In this document: piece by piece, positions 18,414 through 28,054 of the stretch
How positions within the stretch are numbered: the first letter of the stretch is position 1
Layout: each line of letters starts with the position of its first letter
NCBI GenBank assembly: GCA_037444405.1
Contig: JBBIML010000013.1
Span: forward strand, 52,781 to 116,780
Length of the DNA stretch: 64,000 nt
Direction of reading: 5' to 3'
DNA from: Armatimonadota bacterium
GTDB lineage: Bacteria > Armatimonadota > Fimbriimonadia > Fimbriimonadales > GBS-DC
Notes under the pieces: model-generated
The model's input: only the letters and a program-made list of their open reading frames with translations
Told to the model about the DNA's origin: nothing
Databases searched by the model: none
Made by a program: the position numbers and the translations under genes

Positions 18414-20189
18414 TCAGAACACCTGTCCGACGCTGAAGTGGGTTCGTCCGCCATCCTTGCCGATGCCGTAGTCGATGCGCAGGGGTCCGAGCGGCGTGCG
18501 TACGCGGATACCAATGCCGTAGCCGACTTGTGGCTGGAAACGGTTGCCCTGCGTGAAGTTGTTCACAGTCGGGTAGCCGCCCCAGGCATGCCCCATGTCG
18601 ACGAACAGCACGGCGGTGAACGCCTTCTCGACGGGGATGCGGTACTCGAAGCTCAGCAGGGCTGCCTGCTTACCCCAGAATCGGTCTTCAGGGTAGCCGC
18701 GCAAGGTTTCCGCCCCGCCGATGAACATCTGCTCGAAGAAGGGAATGTTGCCCGTGATGAAGCCGTAGTAGGCGCGAAGGGCGAACACATGGCGGCGGTC
18801 GTCGGGCGTGGTGCGTCGCCCCTGCGGGCTGGAGTAGAAGCGATAGTCCAGCGACGCCCGCAGGAAGTTCGACCGACCCAGCCGCACAACGCCCGAATCG
18901 AGGAACTGTTGCTCCGCGCTGCGAATGTTCGTTACGCCAGGCTCCAGCGTGAGCGCAACATACTGCCCGCTGGCAGGGTCCAGATCGAAGTCGCGCGTGT
19001 TATAAATCCCGCGCAGGGTGAAGCTGGTCAGCGAGCCATCCTGCCGAATGAAGCCGCCGCGCTCATCGGTCGCCACCCGATTCGTGCGCACATCCTCTGT
19101 GCGGAAGCCGACCACCGCGTTGAAGAAATCGCCATAGGGGCGACCGACGCTGAGCGTCAGCCCGCGCCGACGCTCATCATAGCGCTCCTCCAGGTCCTGG
19201 TTGACCGCGCCTCCGAAAAAGTTGGAAGTGAAGCGATACACCAGCTTATTATAGATTGAGAAGGAGAGGCTGGTGTGGCGCTTATCCAGATAGGGTTCGG
19301 TGAACAGCAGTTCGATGCTGTTGCCGTTGCGTCCGCCGGTGCTCTGGAAGTTCAGCCCGACGGTCTGCCCGCGCCCGCGAAAGTTGGTCTCGTACAGTTC
19401 CGCCAGCCCGATGATGCGCTGGCGCGGGTCGATCGCAAATCCCACATTCAGGCGCCCGGTCGGACGCTCCTTGACCCGCAGCACGATATTGACCGTGCCC
19501 GGCTCGCCAGGCTCCTCTTCGGGCACAATCTGCTCAAAGTAGCCCAGATTATAGAGGCGGTTCAGGTCGCGCTGCCAGCGCGGGATATAAAACAGGTCGC
19601 CCGGCTTCGTGCGCAGCTCGCGCAGGATGACTGAGCTGCGCGTCTTGGTGTTGCCTTCCACTCGAATCTGCCCCACACGCAGCTCGGTGAGCATAATCTT
19701 GAGCGTGCCGGTCTCATCATCGGGGGGCAGGTAGCTTTCGATGAGCGCGATATAGCCCGCGTTGCGATAGGCATCGGTGATCGCGGTCGTATCCGATCGG
19801 GCGAAGTTGAAGTTGAACACATTGCCGGGCTTGTTGCGAATCACCTGCAGGAGTTGCTCGGTAGTCAGCGCGGTGTTACCTGTGATCTGCACCTGTTTGA
19901 TGAGCGGGTTCTCCACCACATCGAAGATGATTCGCACGCCCGTTTCGGTCTGCTCCACGCTGGGTCGCACCTCGGAAAAGAGTCCCATCGTCTCCAGCGT
20001 TCGGCGATCCTGTTCCAGGCTGGCTTCAGTGTAGGTCTCGCCCGGTTTGAGTCGCAGGGCGGTCAGCACCGCCGTTTCGGACACATTCTTTAACCCACGC
20101 ACCGTGATGCTCTCCACACGCCGTGATTGCGCCATCACTGGCAGCATCGCCATCAGCAACAGCATGCCCACAAGCAGTTTCAGTCTCAT
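18414..20189 (-). CDS. bamA: BamA/Omp85 outer-membrane assembly protein
   Basis: POTRA-like repeats (GNTKTR..VILRE, LYNLGYF), GG.ETLRGY, TPLGPLRIDYG and terminal Phe. Confidence 0.9.
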   Translation of the reverse strand: MRLKLLVGMLLLMAMLPVMAQSRRVESITVRGLKNVSETAVLTALRLKPGETYTEASLEQDRRTLETMGLFSEVRPSVEQTETGVRIIFDVVENPLIKQVQITGNTALTTEQLLQVIRNKPGNVFNFNFARSDTTAITDAYRNAGYIALIESYLPPDDETGTLKIMLTELRVGQIRVEGNTKTRSSVILRELRTKPGDLFYIPRWQRDLNRLYNLGYFEQIVPEEEPGEPGTVNIVLRVKERPTGRLNVGFAIDPRQRIIGLAELYETNFRGRGQTVGLNFQSTGGRNGNSIELLFTEPYLDKRHTSLSFSIYNKLVYRFTSNFFGGAVNQDLEERYDERRRGLTLSVGRPYGDFFNAVVGFRTEDVRTNRVATDERGGFIRQDGSLTSFTLRGIYNTRDFDLDPASGQYVALTLEPGVTNIRSAEQQFLDSGVVRLGRSNFLRASLDYRFYSSPQGRRTTPDDRRHVFALRAYYGFITGNIPFFEQMFIGGAETLRGYPEDRFWGKQAALLSFEYRIPVEKAFTAVLFVDMGHAWGGYPTVNNFTQGNRFQPQVGYGIGIRVRTPLGPLRIDYGIGKDGGRTHFSVGQVF

Positions 20190-20779
20190 TCTGATCCCTC
20201 CTGATGGATGTAGGGTGCCAGGCGGATGCGGAGCCAGTTGCGGGCGCGTGCCAGTCGGCTGCGCACCGCCTCTAAAGTGATGCCCAGCACCTCGGCGATC
20301 TCCTCGTAAGACAGCTCCTCGTATTCGCGCAGTAAAATAATCTCGCGATAGTCGGGTGGCATCTGTCGGATCAGCTCCCGCACGCGCTCGGTCAGCTCCT
20401 GTTGCAGCAGGTGCTGTTCGGGCGAGGGGGCAGGATCGACGGGTTCCCAGCCCGTCGGCTCGCCGTACTCGTCCGTCTCCAGCGACGCCATATCGATCTC
20501 GCGCCGTCGAATACGGTTGCGCTTCTCCAGATGGTCATGCGCCAGATTCACGGCGATGCGATAGAGCCATGTGTACGGCTGCGACTCGCCGCGGAAGCGG
20601 TCGAAGGCGCGAAAGGCGCGATAGAAGGTCTCCTGTGTCAGGTCGGCAGCATCTTCTGGATCGTTGACCATCCGCAGGAGCAGGTTATAGATGCGCCGCT
20701 CGTATGCTATGACCAGCGCCTCGAACTCCGCCGCTTCATCTTCTATCCAGCGCACGCCAGCACTCGCTTCCTGCCACAC
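20186..20779 (-). CDS. ECF sigma factor (RpoE/SigW-like)
   Basis: DAADLTQETF, TWLYRIAVN and LSYEEIAEVLG...VRSRLARAR. Confidence 0.92.
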   Translation of the reverse strand: MWQEASAGVRWIEDEAAEFEALVIAYERRIYNLLLRMVNDPEDAADLTQETFYRAFRAFDRFRGESQPYTWLYRIAVNLAHDHLEKRNRIRRREIDMASLETDEYGEPTGWEPVDPAPSPEQHLLQQELTERVRELIRQMPPDYREIILLREYEELSYEEIAEVLGITLEAVRSRLARARNWLRIRLAPYIHQEGSE

Positions 20780-20789
20780 CGCTATTATT

Positions 20790-20818
20790 TTAGACTCATG
20801 CGCCCTGCGCCCTGTTTC
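20790..20818 (-). promoter_or_regulatory. Putative ECF-type promoter GAAAC-N18-GTCTAA
   Basis: Minus strand reads GAAAC agggcgcagggcgcatga GTCTAA, ending 10 nt before the ECF sigma start. Confidence 0.55.
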
Positions 20819-21098
20819 GGTTTAAGTGTACCCGCTGGGCAGAATGCGATCCCACCTGCCGGCTTTTACAGAGGTGGTCTTAAAACTCGGTTTTCCAGTG
20901 TTAGTTTGATCTGGTCAGTTTGTTGGCGACAGCGGCACAACAGGCGTCGGCGCAGGTTCCTTTTCTCATGCGGGCTGACAAACAGCGGCTCGTTCTCCTT
21001 CGGGATGACTGCATCCCCTTATTGTATGCCCCATATTGCAAGCCCATGTTGCATGCTGTCTGTTGGGGTATAATAGGAGGTGAGGAGGCATATATAGC

Positions 21099-21458
21099 GT
21101 GCGCAGTCGCAGGGCGGCAGTAGCGTTTATGCATCCGAGCGAGGAGATGTTCGCTCGTCTGCTGGACTACTATCGGATTCGCTGGGAATACGAGCCGCGT
21201 ACTTTCGTGCTTCGCGCCGACGAACAGGGCAATCCCAAAGAGTCGTTCACGCCCGACTTCTATCTGCCCGATTATGACCTCTATATTGAGTTGACGGTGC
21301 GTCGGGCGAACATCAATCGGCGCAAGCGGCGCAAAATCGAGCGGCTGCAGGCGCTCTACCCCGATGTGCGCATTAAATTGATGAGCGCACGCGACTTTGA
21401 GCGATTGATGCTCAAGTACGGCGTGCGCTGGCGCGAGCATCTGAACGAAACCGATTAG
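21099..21458 (+). CDS. Small PD-(D/E)XK-like nuclease-fold protein
   Basis: WEYEP..F and FTPDFYLPDYDLYIELT; GGGGTATAAT and a strong RBS upstream. Confidence 0.65.
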   Translation: MRSRRAAVAFMHPSEEMFARLLDYYRIRWEYEPRTFVLRADEQGNPKESFTPDFYLPDYDLYIELTVRRANINRRKRRKIERLQALYPDVRIKLMSARDFERLMLKYGVRWREHLNETD

Positions 21459-21865
21459 CTCTCGCCGGAGCGGGGTCGGGGCGCGGCGGTTGGCGCGTCG
21501 ATAATCGCTTGCGGTGGCGCGAACACGAACACATGTTCGCTCACCTTCTCGACGCTGCCCTCAATCGCATACACCACCCCGTTCAGGAAGTCGATGAGCC
21601 GTTCGCGCATTGGGGGTGGCGTCGCCGCGAAGTTGATGACCTGCTGGATGCCCTCTTTCAGTCCGTCGGCGATCAGGCGGGCATCTTCGAGGCTCTGCAC
21701 CTCGCGCCGAATGCACAGGTGATAGGGATGGAATCGGCGGTAGCGCACGCCTGGCTCGGCAGGCAACTCGTCCAGCTCCTCATCGGCGCGTCGGAACCAG
21801 CTGCGCAACCGATCCCATAGCCCGACGCGCTCCTCCTCCAGCTCGTCATAGTCGTAATGCCGCAT
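21455..21865 (-). CDS. sepF: Cell division protein SepF
   Basis: DARLIADGLK...VINF...RLIDFLNGVVYAIEG...FVFAP; downstream of yggS. Confidence 0.85.
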   Translation of the reverse strand: MRHYDYDELEEERVGLWDRLRSWFRRADEELDELPAEPGVRYRRFHPYHLCIRREVQSLEDARLIADGLKEGIQQVINFAATPPPMRERLIDFLNGVVYAIEGSVEKVSEHVFVFAPPQAIIDAPTAAPRPRSGES

Positions 21866-21894
21866 CGTCTCTCCTCCGTGTGGTCAGGTTTCTC

Positions 21895-21915
21895 GCGCGG
21901 GCATCCTGCCCACGC
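21895..21915. repeat. REP-like hairpin family C (GGGC-ATCCT-GCCC)
   Basis: gcgcgggc atcct gcccacgc between yggS and sepF; same core recurs at 29094. Confidence 0.5.
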
Positions 21916-22590
21916 TTATGAGCGCGCCCCAAACAGGGCGGTGCCAATCCGCAACAGGTTCGCGCCCTCTTCAAGGGCGATTTCGAAGTCGTGGCTCATG
22001 CCCATCGAAAGCCACTGACGGTTCGGCGCGGGCAGCTGTTCGAACAGCCGCCTCAGCGTGCGGAACGCCTGACGGATGCGCGCGGCGTCGTCGGTGAGCG
22101 GAGCGATGCCCATCAGCCCCTGCAGCTGCAGGTTCGGCTGACCCAGCACCGATTCGGCAAGTGCGAGCGCCTCCTCCGGCGCCACACCCGCGCGGGTCGC
22201 CTCCTCCGACAGGCGCACCTCGATCAGCACCGGTTGCACGATACCCCGATTCGACGCCACCCGCTGTATCTCCTGCATTAAGGATACCCGATCCACAATA
22301 TGTAGGAGCTGAAACCGCCCGACCACATATTTCACCTTGTTGGTCTGCAGATGCCCGATGAAGTGCCATTCGATATCGCGGGGGAGCAGGTCGAGCTTGG
22401 TGCGCGCTTCCTGCCAGTAGTTCTCGCCGAAGGCGCGTAGCCCGCAGGAATAAGCCTCGCGGATGCGGTCGACGGGCACGCCTTTGGTGACCGCCACGAG
22501 CTTGACACTGGCAGGGTCGCGTCCCGCACGCTGGCATGCGGTCGCGATGCGCTCCTGAAGAGTGGCAAGATTAGCTTGAAGGTTGCTCAT
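21916..22590 (-). CDS. yggS: YggS/PLPBP pyridoxal phosphate homeostasis protein
   Basis: LVAVTK, FGENY, WHFIGHLQTNK, LSMGMS and RIGTALFG. Confidence 0.95.
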   Translation of the reverse strand: MSNLQANLATLQERIATACQRAGRDPASVKLVAVTKGVPVDRIREAYSCGLRAFGENYWQEARTKLDLLPRDIEWHFIGHLQTNKVKYVVGRFQLLHIVDRVSLMQEIQRVASNRGIVQPVLIEVRLSEEATRAGVAPEEALALAESVLGQPNLQLQGLMGIAPLTDDAARIRQAFRTLRRLFEQLPAPNRQWLSMGMSHDFEIALEEGANLLRIGTALFGARS

Positions 22591-23320
22591 GCGCCTGCTG
22601 GCTTTCGAGCGCGTGCTGGGCGGCTTCGGCGTACGCGCCTTCGAGGCTGCCGCTCTTGTGCTTTTTGGCGAGCTGCTCCAGCCGACCTGTTTCCATAAAC
22701 CAGACGCGCTCGGCAATGTTGGTGGAGTGGTCGGCGATTCGCTCCAGATAGTGGGCAACCAGCAGGAGCCATGATGCCGCCGTCACATATTCGGGCTGCT
22801 GACGCATAATCTCCTGCAGCTGGGCGCGAATCTGCCGATAGAGCGCGTCCACCTCGTCATCCTGCTGACACACATGCAGCACCAGTTGAAGGTCGCGCTT
22901 CACGAACGCCTCGATGCTGTCCAGCAACATGCGGCGGGCAGCCAGCGCGAGGCGCGGGATGTCCACCAGCTGGTTCACCTTCGGCTCGTCCTGAATCTTG
23001 CGGGCGGCTTTGGCGATATCGACCGCATAGTCGCCGATGCGCTCGATGTCGGTGATCATCTTCATGATGGTGCCGATGACACGCAGGTCGCTCGCCATCG
23101 GCTGCTGGAGGGCAAGCAGGCGCAGGCAGTGGGTTTCGATATCGACATCGATCTGGTCCACCTCGTCGTCACGCAGCAGCACCTCTTCAGCGCGTTTCAT
23201 ATCGCCCCGCATGAGCGCGTCCACCGCGTCGGCGACCATGCTTTCGGCGATGCTCGCCATCGCCAGCACCTTCGTCTCCAGGCTCTTGAGTTCCGCATCA
23301 AATGCCTGCCGTGTTAGCAT
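22571..23320 (-). CDS. phoU: Phosphate signalling protein PhoU
   Basis: ALQQPMASDLR, DIERIGD and LERIADH.TNIAE. Confidence 0.95.
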   Translation of the reverse strand: MLTRQAFDAELKSLETKVLAMASIAESMVADAVDALMRGDMKRAEEVLLRDDEVDQIDVDIETHCLRLLALQQPMASDLRVIGTIMKMITDIERIGDYAVDIAKAARKIQDEPKVNQLVDIPRLALAARRMLLDSIEAFVKRDLQLVLHVCQQDDEVDALYRQIRAQLQEIMRQQPEYVTAASWLLLVAHYLERIADHSTNIAERVWFMETGRLEQLAKKHKSGSLEGAYAEAAQHALESQQAHEQPSS

Positions 23321-23339
23321 TCTAACAGAAAATTATACC

Positions 23340-25067
23340 TTACGGATCCAGCTCACGCTTGAGCTCGCTGATGAGGCGGGCAACCTGCGCGGGCGCGTCA
23401 GCAATCGCCACGCGCTGGGGCGACTTATCGGTGCGTAGGCGCACCTCCACCTGCCCATCCTGCACCGCACGCCCGATCACCACCTGAATCGGAATGCCGA
23501 TTAAATCGGCATCTTTGAACTTGACGCCGCTGCGCTCGTCCCGATCGTCGTACAGCACCTCGATGCCCTGCTCCAGCAGAGCCGTGTAGAGCTGTTCGGC
23601 GGCGGAGCGCTGCGCCTCATCTTCAGGGTTGACCAGGATCAGAATCGCTTCGAAGGGGGCGACGGTGATGGGGAAGCAGATGCCGTTCTCGTCGTGGTGG
23701 GCTTCGGCGATCGCGGCGAGGCAGCGGCTTACACCCAGCCCGTAGCAGCCCATCAGGATCGGCTTCAGGTTGCCCTGCGCATCGGTGAAGAGCGCGTTCA
23801 TCGCCTGGCTGTATTTGATGCCCAGCTGGAAGATATGCCCCACTTCGATACCGCGCACCTCACGCAGGGTTCCCATCGGGCAGCGGGGACATCTGTCGCC
23901 CGTTTCTGCCACGCGCAGGTCTGCCCAGCGCGGTTCAGGGAAGTCGCGCCCCCAGCACACATGGATCAGGTGGGCGTCCGCCTCGTTCGCGCCCGTGACG
24001 AAATCCTGCAGCCCTCTGAGCTCATAATCGGCGAGCATCGGCAGGTCGGCAGGCAGCCCCACCGGTCCGGAGAAGCCGACGGGCGCGCCTGTGAGCTGCT
24101 CGATGGCGGCGGCGTCCATCATCTCCACGCTCTCGCCGTCCAGCGCGTGCATCAGCTTGTAGGGGTTCAGCTCCCGATCGCCCCGCACCAGCGCGGCGAC
24201 AGGCTTGCCGTCCACCCGCATCAACAGCGTCTTGACCAGTCGGTCAGCGGTGGTGTTCAGAAAGGCGGTGACCTCCTGCACGGTGCGGGCGTTCGGCGTG
24301 GGCACTTTTTGCATCGATGGCACCGCGTCGATCGCGGGCGGCGTGAGGTTCGGGTCGGGCAGCTCGCACCGCTCAGCGTTCGCGCCGTAGCCGCACGCAT
24401 CGCACTGCAGCACTTTATCCTCGCCGCCAGGCGCGACCACCATAAACTCCTCGTTGCGCCCGCCGCCGATGGCGCCCGCCTCCGCCTCCACGATAATCGT
24501 GGGCAGCCCCATCCGATGGAACATGCGCAGATAGGCGTCGCGCAACGCCTGATAGGTACGCTCCATCGATGCCTCATCGACATCGAAACTATAGGCGTCG
24601 TACATCAGGAACTCGCGGGCGCGGATCACGCCCCCGCGCGGGCGCGGCTCATCGCGGAACTTGGTCTGAATCTGATACAGCAGCAGCGGCATCTGGCGGT
24701 AGGAGCTGACCGCGTGGCGCACGATGTCGGTGATAATCTCCTCGTGGGTGAAGCCGAGCGTGAAGGGTCGCCCGTTGCGGTCTTTGAGGCGGAACAAAAT
24801 ATCCAGCCCGCTGCGTCCCGTCTCCTCCAGCAGCTCCTGCGGCACGAGCGCAGGCATGAACAGCTCAATACCGCCGATGCGGTCGGTCTCTTCACGCACA
24901 ATCTGCTCGATTTTGCGGATGACGCGCCAGCCCAGCGGCAGGTACACATACACGCCCGCCGCCTGCTTGCGGATGAAGCCGCCACGCAACAGCAGCTGAT
25001 GGCTGATCAGCTCCGCTTCGGCGGGCACCTCCCGCAGAGTTGGCATAAAGTAGCGCGATACACGCAT
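23340..25067 (-). CDS. proS: Proline--tRNA ligase
   Basis: SHQLLLRGG, THEE, FRDEPRPR, insertion editing domain, IEVGHIFQLG and MGCYG. Confidence 0.97.
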   Translation of the reverse strand: MRVSRYFMPTLREVPAEAELISHQLLLRGGFIRKQAAGVYVYLPLGWRVIRKIEQIVREETDRIGGIELFMPALVPQELLEETGRSGLDILFRLKDRNGRPFTLGFTHEEIITDIVRHAVSSYRQMPLLLYQIQTKFRDEPRPRGGVIRAREFLMYDAYSFDVDEASMERTYQALRDAYLRMFHRMGLPTIIVEAEAGAIGGGRNEEFMVVAPGGEDKVLQCDACGYGANAERCELPDPNLTPPAIDAVPSMQKVPTPNARTVQEVTAFLNTTADRLVKTLLMRVDGKPVAALVRGDRELNPYKLMHALDGESVEMMDAAAIEQLTGAPVGFSGPVGLPADLPMLADYELRGLQDFVTGANEADAHLIHVCWGRDFPEPRWADLRVAETGDRCPRCPMGTLREVRGIEVGHIFQLGIKYSQAMNALFTDAQGNLKPILMGCYGLGVSRCLAAIAEAHHDENGICFPITVAPFEAILILVNPEDEAQRSAAEQLYTALLEQGIEVLYDDRDERSGVKFKDADLIGIPIQVVIGRAVQDGQVEVRLRTDKSPQRVAIADAPAQVARLISELKRELDP

Positions 25068-25097
25068 GCGTTCGTCGCCTCCTGACAGGGGGGAAGT

Positions 25098-25706
25098 TTA
25101 CCCCTCGCTGAGCGGTGCGGGCGCCTTGAGCAAGCCACGCACGAGGTAATCGGCGAAAATACGCCCGATCTCCTCTTTGCTGAGCGCGCCGCGCGGGTTG
25201 TACCAGCTGGGAATCCAGTTGAGGGCGCCCAGCACCACATAAGCCGCCATCTTCACATCGATCGGCTCGAAAAGCCCCTGCTCGATGCCATCCTGAATGC
25301 AGCGGCGCACATTCTGCTCGTACTGGTCGCGGAGCGCGATAATCTCCCTGCGCTGGCGCGGGGGCAGGGCATGATGCTCGCGCAGCACCACCACGCTGTA
25401 GATGGTGTGCGCGTCGCCCGCGATGCGAACATACTCCTCGATAATCGCGCGCAGCTTCTGGTCGGGCGGGTCCGGGCGCGCCATAATCTCCGCCTGCGAT
25501 TCGAGCAGGGCGTCCATCGCACGCCGATAGAGCTGGTAGAGCAGCTCGCTCTTGTCGCGCACATAGTAATAGATGCTCGCTTTGGCCAGCTCCTTTGCGA
25601 TTTCCTCGACGGTGCTGGCGTGATAGCCCTTTTTGGAAAAGACCTTCGCTGCACCCTGCAGAATCTGCTCACGCCGTTTCTCCTGCTTGCCAGCTCGCTT
25701 CGCCAT
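25098..25706 (-). CDS. TetR-family regulator (KstR2/FadR-like C-terminus)
   Basis: REQIL..A..VF.KGYH, SIYYY..K and WIPSWYNP.G. Confidence 0.88.
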   Translation of the reverse strand: MAKRAGKQEKRREQILQGAAKVFSKKGYHASTVEEIAKELAKASIYYYVRDKSELLYQLYRRAMDALLESQAEIMARPDPPDQKLRAIIEEYVRIAGDAHTIYSVVVLREHHALPPRQRREIIALRDQYEQNVRRCIQDGIEQGLFEPIDVKMAAYVVLGALNWIPSWYNPRGALSKEEIGRIFADYLVRGLLKAPAPLSEG

Positions 25707-25733
25707 AGGCTCTCTCCTGAACTCAGATTCATG

Positions 25734-25753
25734 CCGACCACACAGACGGTCGG
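25734..25753. promoter_or_regulatory. Putative TetR operator (CCGACC-N8-GGTCGG)
   Basis: Inverted repeat lying between the -10-like element (about 25768-25777) and the tetR start. Confidence 0.45.
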
Positions 25754-25828
25754 GTGATCCAAAATAAAAGATACCCGACGGCGACGGGATGGGTGTTAGT
25801 GGAGCAGCTCCTCCATCTCCCTTCGGCT

Positions 25829-26086
25829 CTAGACGCGGATGACAGCGCGCATAAGCCATGCCAGCGGGATGGCGAGAACCACCTTGCGGGTCAGAATCAG
25901 CACCACAGTGAGCGCAAGGATGAGGACGCACAGCACCAGCGCCGTAATGGTATAGACCGCGCGACGGGTTTGCCACTCAGGGTCCCGCGAGGCGCGCAAG
26001 CGGGCGCGAGGCGTCCGCGAAGCGGAACGAACCACCCTGTACGGTTCCCCGTGCCAGCGCCGATTGGTTGGGATAGGACGCGCCAT
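25829..26086 (-). CDS. Small membrane protein
   Basis: Basic N-terminus and hydrophobic C-terminal helices; GGGGTAAAAT upstream. Confidence 0.55.
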   Translation of the reverse strand: MARPIPTNRRWHGEPYRVVRSASRTPRARLRASRDPEWQTRRAVYTITALVLCVLILALTVVLILTRKVVLAIPLAWLMRAVIRV

Positions 26087-26198
26087 CAGATTCCCCCAGA
26101 TCAATTTTACCCCATGCTGCGGGATCAAGTTGCACTGTCTGCTAACTGTGCAGGGATTCGAGCCTGCGTGGGGTAAACTTCAGGGCGAGGTGAACCGA

Positions 26199-27377
26199 AT
26201 GCAAGAGGCATATATTGTGGCTGCTGTTCGAACCGCGATAGGCAAGGCGCCGCGCGGCTCGCTGCGCAACACGCGCCCCGACGATCTGGCAGCGACCGCC
26301 ATCCGCGCTGTGCTGGAGCGCGTGCCCGCGCTGAACCCCAGCATGATCGAAGATGTGGTGCTGGGCTGTGCCGTGCCCGAAGCCGAGCAGGGCATGAATG
26401 TCGCCCGTATCGCCGTGCTGCGCGCGGGTCTGCCCGTCGATGTGCCCGCCGCCACCGTGAACCGCATGTGCGCCTCGGGACTGGAAGCCATCGCCATTAT
26501 TGCCCAGCGCATCCAGACAGGGCAGATCGATGTGGGCATCGCAGGTGGCACCGAAAGCATGTCGATGGTGCCGATGGAGGGGCATGTGTTCCGCCCGAAC
26601 CCTGTGCTGGCGCGTCAGTATCCCGACGCCTATCTGGGCATGGGGCTGACCACCGAGAATCTGGTTCAGCAGTTCAGCATCACGCGCGAGGAAGCGGACG
26701 CCTTCGCCCTGCAGAGCCACCAGAAAGCGCTGCGGGCGCAGGCGGAAGGCGCGTTTGAAGGCGAAATCGTGCCCGTCGAAGTGGTCGAGAAGGTGGTCAA
26801 AAACGGCACGATTCACGAGAACCGCTTCCTCTTTGACCGCGACGAGGGTCCACGCGCCGACACGAGCATGGAGGCGCTGGCGAAGCTGAAGCCCGTGTTC
26901 AAAACGGATGGCACCGTTACAGCGGGCAACAGCTCCCAGCGCAGCGACGGCGCCGCCGCCGTTCTGCTGATGAGCGAGCGCAAGGTGAAGGAGCTGGGGC
27001 TTCAGCCGATAGCGCGCTTCGCAGGCTACGCGCTGGCGGGCGTGCCGCCCGAAACGATGGGCATTGGACCCGCCTATGCCATTCCCAAACTGCTCCAGAA
27101 GACGGGCAAACGCCTGGAGGATATCGACCTGTTCGAAATCAATGAGGCGTTCGCCGCGCAGGTGCTGGCGGTGCTGCGCCAGCTGCCTGACCTGCCCACC
27201 GACCGCCTGAATGTGAACGGTGGCGCGGTCGCGCTCGGACACCCGCTGGGGGCGACGGGCGCGCGCATGACCGCCACCCTGCTGAACGCCCTGCGCCGGC
27301 GCGGCGGCAAATGGGGCATCGTGAGCATGTGCGTCGGGGGCGGTATGGGCGCCGCAGGGCTGTTCGAGATGGTCTGA
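26199..27377 (+). CDS. Acetyl-CoA C-acyltransferase (thiolase)
   Basis: [20 protein letters not shown] and CVGGGMG. Confidence 0.95.
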   Translation: MQEAYIVAAVRTAIGKAPRGSLRNTRPDDLAATAIRAVLERVPALNPSMIEDVVLGCAVPEAEQGMNVARIAVLRAGLPVDVPAATVNRMCASGLEAIAIIAQRIQTGQIDVGIAGGTESMSMVPMEGHVFRPNPVLARQYPDAYLGMGLTTENLVQQFSITREEADAFALQSHQKALRAQAEGAFEGEIVPVEVVEKVVKNGTIHENRFLFDRDEGPRADTSMEALAKLKPVFKTDGTVTAGNSSQRSDGAAAVLLMSERKVKELGLQPIARFAGYALAGVPPETMGIGPAYAIPKLLQKTGKRLEDIDLFEINEAFAAQVLAVLRQLPDLPTDRLNVNGGAVALGHPLGATGARMTATLLNALRRRGGKWGIVSMCVGGGMGAAGLFEMV

Positions 27378-27381
27378 GACG

Positions 27382-28008
27382 ATGGCGCTGCATGTGGTCG
27401 ATCACCCGCTGGTGAAGCATATTCTGACGCGCCTGCGCGATGTGGACACCGAGCCGGCGCGCTTTCGTGCGCTGGCTCGGCAACTCACCTTCCTGCTGGC
27501 AATCGAAGCCACACGCGACCTGCCCCTGCGCACCCATCCCGTGCGCACACCGTTAGAGACCACCGAAGGCTACTCGCTGAACAAAACGATTGTGGCGGTG
27601 CCGATTTTGCGGGCGGGATTGGGCATGATGGAAGCCATCACGGAGCTGTTCCCCGATGTGCGTGTGGGCTATATCGGACTGGAGCGGGATGAGCAGACCG
27701 CCATCGCCCGCGCCTACTATTGCAAACTGCCCCCGCTGACCAGCAGTCGCGTGCTGCTGTTGGACCCGATGCTGGCGACGGGCGGCTCCGCCGAGCAGGC
27801 GCTGCAGGTGCTGTTCGAGGCGGGCGCGGACGATGTGGTGCATATCTGCGTGGTGGCGGCGCCCGAAGGCGTGGAGCGGTTGACTCGTCGCTTCCCACAG
27901 GTGCCCATCTATGCCGCCGCGCTCGATAGGGAGCTGAACGCCCAGAAGTTCATCCTGCCTGGCTTGGGCGACTTTGGCGACCGCCTGTACGGAACCGTCG
28001 CCCGCTAA
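27382..28008 (+). CDS. upp: Uracil phosphoribosyltransferase
   Basis: [18 protein letters not shown] and PGLGDFGDR. Confidence 0.96.
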   Translation: MALHVVDHPLVKHILTRLRDVDTEPARFRALARQLTFLLAIEATRDLPLRTHPVRTPLETTEGYSLNKTIVAVPILRAGLGMMEAITELFPDVRVGYIGLERDEQTAIARAYYCKLPPLTSSRVLLLDPMLATGGSAEQALQVLFEAGADDVVHICVVAAPEGVERLTRRFPQVPIYAAALDRELNAQKFILPGLGDFGDRLYGTVAR

Positions 28009-28054
28009 GTTTCGTTTTATCCGCTCGCGGAGAACAGGAATCGAACGGCGGGCT

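Noticed and set aside
21878..21890. 13-nt match gtgtggtcaggtt with about 56183-56195
   Set aside because: A single short match with no structure, plausible by chance
23694..25085. Long antisense ORFs (e.g. 463 aa opposite proS; also 8628-9845, 38465-39691, 60074-61585, 63223-63987)
   Set aside because: These are shadow ORFs expected from GC-rich codon bias opposite real genes; no recognisable motifs
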